From positions 1 through 10,361 of the forward strand of contig JAYZQJ010000278.1 of assembly GCA_036149055.1 (NCBI GenBank): DNA of 10,361 bases. Reading direction: 5' to 3'. A program made the position numbers and the translations under genes. A model generated the notes under the pieces. That model saw only the letters and a program-made list of their open reading frames with translations. It was not told where the DNA came from and searched no databases. Origin of the DNA: Myxococcota bacterium. GTDB lineage: Bacteria; Myxococcota_A; Polyangia; Polyangiales; Sandaracinaceae. Each line of letters begins with the position of its first letter. Position 1 is the first letter of the stretch. This document shows, piece after piece, positions 1 to 7,076 of this stretch.

Positions 1-268
1 GCGGCACCGCCCGGCCAGCCACCATCCCGCCGCCCGCCACCCCCTTTGCGGCTTCGCGCCTTTGCGAGAGCACAAAAAAGGAGTCGCCACACCGCCCACC
101 GCGAGGCACCGCCCGGCCAGCCACCATCCCGCCGCCCGCCTCTGCGCCTCTGCGCCTCTGCGAGAGAAAAACTGGAGCCGCCGAGCCCCAAGCCGCGCGG
201 CACCGCCCGGCCAGCCGCCATCCCGCCGCCCGCCACCCTCTTTGCGGCTTCGCGCCTTTGCGAGAGCA
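1..268. repeat. Three degenerate tandem repeats (period 102 and 94 bp), each a ~36-40 bp C-rich core followed by three CTYYGCGV octamers; may continue beyond the left edge
   Basis: GGCACCGCCCGGCCAGCCRCCATCCCGCCGCCCGCC occurs at 3, 105 and 199. Copies 1 (1-72) and 3 (197-268) are near-identical. Octamer triads at 44-67, 140-163 and 240-263 are each followed by GAG and an A-rich stretch. Confidence 0.9.
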
Positions 269-282
269 AGAAGCGACGAGAC

Positions 283-1167
283 TCAGCCGACGAGGGTGGC
301 GAGGGTGTCTTCGATGAATTCCCAGACCACGCGGACGCGAGGCACCTCGCGGAGGGCGCGGTGGGTGACGAGCCAGACGTCGACCGACATGTCGACCGGC
401 TCGGTGTCGAGCTCCACCAGACCGGGGAGCGTTCGGCCCCAAGCGCGGGCGAGCTCGATCGCGCCGCAGCCCGCCTGCGCGAGGGCGAGGCGCGTCGTGA
501 TCGAGCTGGCGCGGACCACGCACCGGACCCCGGCCTTCGCCTCCCAGCGGGCCTCGGGGATGCTCGCCTGGGTCTGGTCGTCCCAGCCGACGAAGTCGAG
601 GCCGGCGAGCGCATGGGGGCCCGGGCCGAGGCGCGCGGCGAGCGCGGGCGCGCCGAAGACGCCGTAGTCCCCCGACCAGAGCCGCTTGCCCACCAGATCG
701 CCGCGCGCCGGGCGGGCGAAGCGCAGGGCGACGTCGGCCTCCCGGCGGGTCAGGTCGGCCATCGCCACGCTGATCACGAAGGTGACCCGGACGCCCGGGT
801 GCGCCTCGCGGAGACGCGCCATCGCGGGCGCGAGCACGTAGTAGCTCATGCCCTCCGAGACCGCGACGCGGACCTCGCCCTCGAGGGAGGCCTCCTCGCG
901 GGCCACGACGCGGGCGGCCTCGTGGGTCGCGGCCTCGGCCCGCTCCGCCGGCGCGAGCAGCCGCTCGGCGAGCTCCGTCGGCACGAGGCCCTCCGGCGTC
1001 CGGTCGAAGAGCCGCGCGCCGAGCGTCTCTTCGAACGCGGCGAGGCGGCGGCTGGTCGTGGACTGGTTGAGCCCGAGGCGACGCGCCGCCTGGGTGAGGC
1101 TGCGGGTGCGGTGGGCCGCCAGGAAGAGCCGCAGGTCGTCCCAGCGGAAGTCGAGCTCGGAGGCCAT
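283..1167 (-). CDS. LysR-family transcriptional regulator
   Basis: N-terminal HTH 'WDDLRLFLAAHRTRSLTQAARRLGLNQSTTSRRLAAFEETLGARLFDRTPEGLVPT'; substrate-binding domain motifs 'EGEVRVA', 'ADLTRREADVALRF', 'VWLVTHRALREVPRVRVVWEFI'. About 294 aa. Alternative ATGs at 1179 and 1188. The ORF-track extension to 1452 overlaps the divergent gene and is unlikely. Confidence 0.95.
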   Translation of the reverse strand: MASELDFRWDDLRLFLAAHRTRSLTQAARRLGLNQSTTSRRLAAFEETLGARLFDRTPEGLVPTELAERLLAPAERAEAATHEAARVVAREEASLEGEVRVAVSEGMSYYVLAPAMARLREAHPGVRVTFVISVAMADLTRREADVALRFARPARGDLVGKRLWSGDYGVFGAPALAARLGPGPHALAGLDFVGWDDQTQASIPEARWEAKAGVRCVVRASSITTRLALAQAGCGAIELARAWGRTLPGLVELDTEPVDMSVDVWLVTHRALREVPRVRVVWEFIEDTLATLVG

Positions 1168-1221
1168 GCGCGCTTGCATGAATACCATGCGGAATCGCGG
1201 GACGACATGCTCTGACGCATG
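1165..1221. promoter_or_regulatory. Divergent lysR/MDR control region with candidate LysR operator dyads
   Basis: CATGC-N6-GCATG at 1165-1180 and again at 1206-1221, and GCATG-N5-CATGC at 1176-1190. T1175-N11-A1187 fits the LTTR box spacing. Function is inferred from position. Confidence 0.5.
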
Positions 1222-1249
1222 ACCCACGGTGAAGGCGAGGAGGAGAGAC

Positions 1250-2302
1250 ATGACCACCCAGCCCGCCGTCATCGCCGACCCCGACACCGACACGGAGCCC
1301 GCCGCCCACCGCCGCCTGGTCCTTCGAGCCTTCGGGGACCCGGACGGCTTCGCGCTCGAGGAGGGCGGGCCGCTGCCCGAGCCGGGCCCGGGCGAGGCAC
1401 GGATCCGGGTGGAGGCGGCGAGCGTGCAGTTCACCGACGTCATCATTCGCAAGGGCGAGTACCCGGACCTGAAGCGGAAGCCGCCGCTCGTGCCCGGCTA
1501 CGACTGCGTGGGGCGCGTCGAGGCGGTGGGTCCGGGGGTGCGAGACCTCGCGGTGGGCGATCGGGTCGCGGACATGACCATGATCGGCAGCTACGCCTCT
1601 CACCGGCTCCTCGACGCCGCGCGCTGCGTGCCCGTGCCCGAGGGCGTCGACGCGGCGGAGGCGGTCTCGCTGGTGCTCAGCTGGATGACCGCCTATCAGC
1701 TCATCCACCGCCACGCGAAGGCGGCGCCCGGACAGACGGCGCTCATTCACGGGGCCGCGGGCGCGGTCGGGCAGGCGCTGCTCCGCCTCGGGCAGCTGCA
1801 CGGCCTCGAGATGTACGGCACCTGCCGGGCCGAGCACGCCGACCTGGTCGCGAGCTTCGGCGCCACCCCGATCGACTACCGGAGCGAGGACTTCACCGAG
1901 GTGCTGTCGGACGGCGTGGACGTGGTCTTCGACGGGATCGGCGAGGAGGGCTTCGCGCGCTCCTGGCGGACCGTGAAGCGAGGCGGCTTCCTCGCCGCCT
2001 ACGGCTTCAGCGCCGGCATCCAGGAGGGCGCGCCGTTCCTGAAGATCGGCTACTGGTTCGCCCGCGTCGCGCTCTGGAACGTCTGGCCCAACGGCAAGCG
2101 AGCCGGCTTCTACGGCATCACCGACCTGCGGAAGAGCCGCCCCGAGTGGTTCCGCGAGGACCTGACCCGGCTCATGGCCTGGCTGGCCGACGGCACGGTG
2201 CGGCCGCGCGTCCAGGAGCGCATCGGCTTCGAGGACGTCGCCGAGGCGCACCGTCGCCTGGAGCGAGGCGGCCTCGACGGCAAGCTGGTGCTCGTCCCGT
2301 GA
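1250..2302 (+). CDS. Medium-chain dehydrogenase/reductase, zinc-independent NADPH:quinone oxidoreductase-like
   Basis: 'PEPGPGEARIRVEAASVQFTD' (no Zn-ligand Cys), 'PLVPGYDCVGRVEAVGPGV', Rossmann 'LIHGAAGAVG', 'GVDVVFDGIG', C-terminal 'AEAHRRLERGGLDGKLVLVP'. A strong SD (AGGAGG, 1238-1243) favours ATG 1250 over GTG 1229. Confidence 0.93.
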   Translation: MTTQPAVIADPDTDTEPAAHRRLVLRAFGDPDGFALEEGGPLPEPGPGEARIRVEAASVQFTDVIIRKGEYPDLKRKPPLVPGYDCVGRVEAVGPGVRDLAVGDRVADMTMIGSYASHRLLDAARCVPVPEGVDAAEAVSLVLSWMTAYQLIHRHAKAAPGQTALIHGAAGAVGQALLRLGQLHGLEMYGTCRAEHADLVASFGATPIDYRSEDFTEVLSDGVDVVFDGIGEEGFARSWRTVKRGGFLAAYGFSAGIQEGAPFLKIGYWFARVALWNVWPNGKRAGFYGITDLRKSRPEWFREDLTRLMAWLADGTVRPRVQERIGFEDVAEAHRRLERGGLDGKLVLVP

Positions 2303-2304
2303 CC

Positions 2305-2320
2305 GACGGTGGCGACCGTC
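2305..2320. terminator. Short hairpin between the convergent MDR and glycosyltransferase genes
   Basis: GACGGT-ggcg-ACCGTC, 6 bp stem with no U-tract; weak candidate. Confidence 0.2.
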
Positions 2321-3521
2321 AGCTCACGTATCGGTGCAGCAGCTCGTTCAGGGCCGCGCCCGTGACCCGCACGTCGTGGCGCTCGAGGACGGCCGCGCGG
2401 CCGCGCTTGCCCATCTCCTCGAGCCGCTGCGGGGGCGTGTCGAGCAGCTCGCGCACGCCCTCGGCGATGGCCTCGACGCTGCCCGCGGGGATGAGCCAGC
2501 CGTTGTCCGGGCCGACCAGCTCCGGGATGCCGGCGACGTAGGTGGAGAGCACCGGCCGCTCCAGCCCGAGCGCCTCCATGATCACGACGGGAAGCCCCTC
2601 GGCGAAGCTCGGCAGCACCATCGCCTGGGCGGAGAGGATCTCCTCGCGCACCCGGTCGCCGCTCGCCCAGCCGGTGATGGTGATGCGGTCCTCGATGCCG
2701 TGGCGGCGGATGGCCGCCTCGATCGCCTCGCGCATCTCGCCGTCTCCAACGAGCACCAGGTGGAAGTCGACGCCGTCCTTCGCGAGCTGACCGAGGGCCT
2801 CGACCAGGAGGATCTGCCCCTTCTGCTCGTTGAGGCGGCCGACGCTGACCAGGCGCGGCGCGGTGGGGAACGGCCGGCCGTCGCCCTCGAGGAAGCTGGT
2901 CTCCACGCCGCAGCGGACGATGTGGATCTTGCCCCAGTGATCGTAGCTCACCCGCCGGTAGAGCTGGCTGCGGCAGAAGCTGCTGATGCCGCAGACGAAG
3001 CGCGCCCGCTCGATCTTGAGGCCGAGGCTGATCGCGTCCGGCTTGTCGAACTCCTCGGGGCCGTGGACGTGGAAGCTGTAGCCGGGCCCGCCGAGCGCCT
3101 CGACGAGCATCGCGACGGTGGTCGAGTTCGTGCCGAAGTGGGCGTGCACGTGCTCGATGCCGTCCTGCTCCATCCAGTCGAGGAGCACGCACGCCTCGCC
3201 CAGGTAGGCCCCGTGGATCGCGAGCCCGCGCTCGGAGCCGTAGCCGACCTTGGCGGCGAGGGTCGAGGCGCGCGCGAAGGCCGCCGGGCGCTTCGCCGAC
3301 TGCTTGGCGATGGCCGCCGCGAGCCCCTGCGGGCCGCCGTCGAGCACCACCTTGGTCCGCTCCTGCTCGGCGAGGTCCGCGGGATCCTTCAGCGGCTCCT
3401 CGACCCGACGCACGGAGTAGCGCACGACCTCGACGCCGAGCGCCTCGAGCGCCTGGATCTCGCGGCGGATGAAGGTGTGGCTGACCTTGGGGTACTGGTT
3501 GACCAGGTAGGCGATTCGCAT
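2319..3521 (-). CDS. Glycosyltransferase family 4 (GT-B), WcaL/AmsK-like exopolysaccharide glycosyltransferase
   Basis: 'MRIAYLVNQYPKVSHTFIRREIQALE', 'HVHAHFGTNS', 'SVGRLNEQKGQ', GT4 EX7E motif 'PSFAEGLPVVIMEAL', 'STYVAGIPELV'. About 400 aa. Start set at MRIAY (3521); the ORF-track start is 3536. Confidence 0.93.
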   Translation of the reverse strand: MRIAYLVNQYPKVSHTFIRREIQALEALGVEVVRYSVRRVEEPLKDPADLAEQERTKVVLDGGPQGLAAAIAKQSAKRPAAFARASTLAAKVGYGSERGLAIHGAYLGEACVLLDWMEQDGIEHVHAHFGTNSTTVAMLVEALGGPGYSFHVHGPEEFDKPDAISLGLKIERARFVCGISSFCRSQLYRRVSYDHWGKIHIVRCGVETSFLEGDGRPFPTAPRLVSVGRLNEQKGQILLVEALGQLAKDGVDFHLVLVGDGEMREAIEAAIRRHGIEDRITITGWASGDRVREEILSAQAMVLPSFAEGLPVVIMEALGLERPVLSTYVAGIPELVGPDNGWLIPAGSVEAIAEGVRELLDTPPQRLEEMGKRGRAAVLERHDVRVTGAALNELLHRYVS

Positions 3522-3598
3522 CTCGCAAGCGCACATAGCAGCGCTCGGGCCTTTCGCATCCCCCTTGCGTTCGGGCGCGTGGGTCCCATGGTCCCGCG

Positions 3599-3916
3599 AT
3601 GGCGTGGGTGATGATCGTGGTCGCCGGGCTCTTCGAGACCGCCTGGGTGATCTGCCTGGATCGGAGCGACGGATTCCGCCGCCCGCTCTGGGTCGCCGCG
3701 TTCGTCGCCAACCTGGCCATCAGCATGACGCTCCTCGGCCTGGCGGTGCGTCAGCTGCCGACCGGCGCCGCCTACGCCGCCTGGGTGGGCATCGGCGCGG
3801 TGGGCGCGATCCTCTACGGCTGGCTGATCCTGGGCGAGCCGCTCGGGCTCTGGCGCGCGTTCTTCCTCGCCGGGCTCGTCGCCTGCGTGGTCGGGGTCAA
3901 GCTCACGTCGCCGTGA
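3599..3916 (+). CDS. sugE: SMR (DMT superfamily) small multidrug resistance transporter, SugE/Gdx-like
   Basis: 105 aa with four hydrophobic segments; membrane-embedded Glu in 'AGLFETAW'; 'LPTGAAYAAWVGIGAVG', 'LGEP' and 'GVKL' match the SugE/Gdx pattern. The 3' end overlaps the convergent gene by 14 bp. Confidence 0.88.
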   Translation: MAWVMIVVAGLFETAWVICLDRSDGFRRPLWVAAFVANLAISMTLLGLAVRQLPTGAAYAAWVGIGAVGAILYGWLILGEPLGLWRAFFLAGLVACVVGVKLTSP

Positions 3917-6020
3917 GCCGGATCGGCAGGGCGCGGATCCGCTCGCCGGTGAGCGCGAAGAGCGCGTTCGTCACCGCCGGCGCGATCGGGGGCACGCCGA
4001 TCTCTCCCACGCCCGACGGCGGACGGGACGAAGGCAACGTCACGACCTCGACCTCCGGCATCTCGTCGATGCGCAGGATCGGGTAGTCGTGGAAGTTGCT
4101 GGTCACGATCCGTCCCCCCTCCAGCCGCAGCTCCCCGTCGAGGGCGGCGCTCAGCCCGAACACCACGCTGCCCTCGATCTGGGCGGCGACCCCGTCGGGA
4201 TCGATGACCTGGCCGCACTCCACCGCGGCCCAGACGCGGTGCACCCGCGGCCGGCCGTCGACGACCGACACCTCGGCGACCATCGCGCAGAAGCTGCCGT
4301 AGCACTCGTGCACGGCCACGCCCTTGGCCCGCCCCTCGGGCGCGCGCCCCCAGCCGCTGTCGTCGCGCACCCGCTCGAGCAGGGCGCGGTGAGTCTCGCG
4401 CCCCTCGAGCCGGGCCAGGCGATACGCCAGCGGGTCGACGCCGGCCGCGTGGGCGGCCTCGTCGATCATCGACTCGACCGCGAAGGCGTTGTAGCTGTGG
4501 CCGACGCTGCGCCAGATCCCGGTGGGGAGCGGCAGGTCGAGGCCGCCCCAGGTCACGTCGACCGCCCGCGCGGCGTAGGGGATCACCTCGGCGCCTTCGA
4601 TCGCGAGGTGGTCGACGCCGTCGGCGCGGGTGGTGGTCGCGATGCGATCCCTCCAGCCCTCGATGGCGCCGTCGGCCGAGAGCCCGACCTCGAAGCGGTG
4701 CAGCGCGGCCGGCCGGTAGAAGTCGTTCCGGACGTCCTCCTCGCGCGTCCAGACGAGCTGGACCGGGTGCGGGCGGGTGCGCTGCGCGATCCGGAGCACC
4801 TGCTCGACCTCGACCGGGACGGTGCGCCGCCCGAAGCCGCCGCCGAGGAAGGGGACGTGCACGTGGCAGTCCTGCAACGGCAGGCCGGTCGCCTCCGCGG
4901 CGAGCTGCTGCACCCGCTGGGGGTCCTGGGTCGGCGCCCACACCTCGCACTCGCCGTCGCCGATCCGCGCGGTGGCGTTGATGGGCTCCATGCAGGCGTG
5001 CGCGAGGTAGGGGAAGGCGTAGTCCGCCTCGAGCCGGGTCGCCGCGCCCGCCAGCGCCGCGTCGGCGTCCCCCTCCCGCCGGGCCTCCACGCCCTCGGCC
5101 GCCGCGGAGCGCAGCCGCTCCAGCAGCGAGGCGTTCGTCAGGTCTCCGTGCGTCCCCGCGGACCACCGCGGGTTGGCGGCGCGGGCCCCGGAGAACGCCG
5201 CCCAGGTGGTCTCGGCGATCACGAGCACGCCGCCCTCCGCCGCGGCGACGTCGAGCACGCCCGGCACCGCGCGGGCCGCCGCCTCGTCGAACGAGTCCAG
5301 GCTGGCCCCGAGCGTCGCCGGGCGCGACAGGGTGGCGAAGCGCATGCCGGCGACGCGCACGTCGATCCCGTAGACGGCGCTCCCGTCCGACTTCGCGGCG
5401 GCGTCGAGGCGCCGGGCCGGCCGGCCGATGTAGCGGAATGCCGCCGCGTCCTTGAGCGGCGGGTCCGAGGGCACGTCGAGCTGCCCCGCGCGCTCCGCGA
5501 GGGTGCCGTAGGCGAGCCGCCGGCCCGAGGGCTCGTGCACCACGAAGCCCGCCTCCGCCCGGCAGTCCCCGCGGTCCACCTCCCAGGTCTGGGCGGCGGC
5601 GGTGACGAGCATCTCCCGCGCCGCGGCGCCCGCCCGTCGCAGCTCGGGGTAGAGGCTGCGCACGCTGGCGCTCGCGACCGTGGTCTGGGTGCCGAAGGCA
5701 GGGCTCGCCGGCGCCTTCTCGACCCGCACCCGCGTCCAGTCGGCCTCGAGCTCCTCGGCGAGGATGCGCGGCAGCGCCGTGAACACGCCTTGCCCCATCT
5801 CGGAGCGCGTGAGCCAGAGCGTCGTCGTCCCGTCGGTGTCGATGGCGAGGAACACGTTCGGGCTGAACGGCTCGTCGCGCGGCGGCACCCGCATCCGGCG
5901 CCGCTCGACCTTGCTCCCACCCCAGAACCCGATCCCGACCCCGACGGCCCCCGCCGCCCCGGCCCCGAGCCCGAGCCGCAGCCAGTCCCGCCGCGACATC
6001 TTGAACAGCCCCCCGCTCAC
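3903..6020 (-). CDS. iorB: Xanthine dehydrogenase-family molybdopterin-binding subunit (isoquinoline 1-oxidoreductase beta-like) with a Tat-like N-terminus; substrate unknown
   Basis: 'SRRDWLRLG' twin-Arg motif; '[20 protein letters not shown]', '[13 protein letters not shown]', 'FLGGGFGRR', '[14 protein letters not shown]', '[21 protein letters not shown]', '[15 protein letters not shown]', '[30 protein letters not shown]'. GTG at 6020 overlaps the iorA stop (GTGA); alternative ATG at 5999. About 705 aa. Confidence 0.93.
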   Translation of the reverse strand: MSGGLFKMSRRDWLRLGLGAGAAGAVGVGIGFWGGSKVERRRMRVPPRDEPFSPNVFLAIDTDGTTTLWLTRSEMGQGVFTALPRILAEELEADWTRVRVEKAPASPAFGTQTTVASASVRSLYPELRRAGAAAREMLVTAAAQTWEVDRGDCRAEAGFVVHEPSGRRLAYGTLAERAGQLDVPSDPPLKDAAAFRYIGRPARRLDAAAKSDGSAVYGIDVRVAGMRFATLSRPATLGASLDSFDEAAARAVPGVLDVAAAEGGVLVIAETTWAAFSGARAANPRWSAGTHGDLTNASLLERLRSAAAEGVEARREGDADAALAGAATRLEADYAFPYLAHACMEPINATARIGDGECEVWAPTQDPQRVQQLAAEATGLPLQDCHVHVPFLGGGFGRRTVPVEVEQVLRIAQRTRPHPVQLVWTREEDVRNDFYRPAALHRFEVGLSADGAIEGWRDRIATTTRADGVDHLAIEGAEVIPYAARAVDVTWGGLDLPLPTGIWRSVGHSYNAFAVESMIDEAAHAAGVDPLAYRLARLEGRETHRALLERVRDDSGWGRAPEGRAKGVAVHECYGSFCAMVAEVSVVDGRPRVHRVWAAVECGQVIDPDGVAAQIEGSVVFGLSAALDGELRLEGGRIVTSNFHDYPILRIDEMPEVEVVTLPSSRPPSGVGEIGVPPIAPAVTNALFALTGERIRALPIRLTAT

Positions 6021-6667
6021 CGCGCCCCCCCGGACTCGGCCCCGGCCCCCGCCCCGGACACGGCCCCGGACGCGGTCTCGGACTCGGCCCCCGCCCCGGA
6101 CTCGGTCTCGGCCCCGGACTCGGCCCCGGCCTCGGACTCGGACTCGGTCTCGGCCTCGGACGCGGCTTCGGTCTCGGACGCGGCTTCGGTCTCGGACGCG
6201 GCTTCGGACTCGGAGGCGCCCCCGAGCCCCGCCGCCCGCCGGATGGCCCGCCGGATCCTCCCGTAGGTCCCACATCGACACAGGTTCCCCCGCATCGCCT
6301 CGTCGATCGCCGCGTCGTCGGGCCTCTCCACCCGGGCGAGCAGCGCGGCCGCGCTCATGATCTGCCCGCTCTGGCAGTAGCCGCACTGCGGCACGTTCTC
6401 TTCCGCCCACGCGCGCTGCAGCGGGTGCTCCCCGCCGAGCCCCTCGATGGTGCGCACCTCGCCGCGCACGCGCCCGATCGGCAGCACGCAGGATCGCACC
6501 GCCTCGCCGTCCACGTGCACGGTGCACGCGCCGCACTGCGAGACGCCGCAGCCGTACTTCGTGCCGGTCAGGCCGAGCGTGTCACGGAGCACCCAGAGCA
6601 GCGGGGTGTCCGGCGCCACGTCGACGGTGAGCTCGCGCCCGTTCACCTGGAGCGTGTGCCGCGGCAT
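6017..6667 (-). CDS. iorA: [2Fe-2S]-binding small subunit (IorA/CoxS-like) with a low-complexity acidic C-terminal extension
   Basis: '[31 protein letters not shown]...RSC' and '[19 protein letters not shown]...GNLCRCGTY' provide two [2Fe-2S] Cys sets. The last ~65 aa are S/E/A/T/G repeats. Confidence 0.95.
   Translation of the reverse strand: MPRHTLQVNGRELTVDVAPDTPLLWVLRDTLGLTGTKYGCGVSQCGACTVHVDGEAVRSCVLPIGRVRGEVRTIEGLGGEHPLQRAWAEENVPQCGYCQSGQIMSAAALLARVERPDDAAIDEAMRGNLCRCGTYGRIRRAIRRAAGLGGASESEAASETEAASETEAASEAETESESEAGAESGAETESGAGAESETASGAVSGAGAGAESGGAR
6021..6218 (-). repeat. Degenerate hexamer tract (GAG/GGG-NCC) inside the 3' end of iorA, including three 18 bp units
   Basis: On the + strand, CTCGGACGCGGCTTCGGW at 6155, 6173 and 6191, plus many CTCGGN/CCCGGN hexamers. 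Translates as [37 protein letters not shown]... Confidence 0.9.
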
Positions 6668-6685
6668 GCTCCAGCGATAGCACGC

Positions 6686-6880
6686 CTACTCCTCGCGCGG
6701 CTCCCGCTGCTCGAGCCAGGCGTCGCGGGCGGTCGAGTAGAGCAGCTTGGCGAGGGCGCGCTGCACCTCGGGTGGCAGGTTCCCCGGCACCGCGGCGCTC
6801 AGTCGGGCGCGGGCCTCGGTGACCGTGCCCGGCCAGCCTCCCGCGGCCGGGCGCCCCTCGGCGTGCACGCGCTCGCGCAC
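6686..6880 (-). CDS. Small hypothetical protein; frame is open upstream to 7009 and the true start is unresolved
   Basis: Fills the gap directly upstream of iorA in the same orientation, with high GC3 codons and protein-like sequence ('GRAWAESVRERVHAEGRPAAGGWPGTVTEARARL...LAKLLYSTARDAWLE'). The first canonical start is GTG at 6880. Confidence 0.55.
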   Translation of the reverse strand: MRERVHAEGRPAAGGWPGTVTEARARLSAAVPGNLPPEVQRALAKLLYSTARDAWLEQREPREE

Positions 6881-7076
6881 GCTCTCGGCCCAGGCTCGGC
6901 CTCCGGCGATGGCGCGGGCGCGGTCATCTCCGTTCGAGGTGCGGGCCAGGATGTCTTCGTCGGAGATGGCGGAGCCTTTCGCGCGGCCGCTCGGACGGTC
7001 CGCGCGGGGTCACAGCATGGCGTGAAACCGCGTGAAACGAAAGCCTGAAAGGGCCCGCCATGCTACATGCACGTGA

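Noticed and set aside
1..268. CRISPR-like reading of the left-edge repeats (36 bp core plus spacers)
   Set aside because: The intervening segments are related to each other (octamer triads, A-run, GGAG-CGCC), are ~60 bp long, and no cas genes are seen.
6021..6536. N-terminal extension of the molybdopterin subunit to 6536 (877 aa), or an iorA-iorB fusion
   Set aside because: The extension overlaps iorA in another frame and reads as R/V/G repeat sequence. The GTGA overlap at 6017-6020 and the nearby twin-Arg motif mark the likely start.
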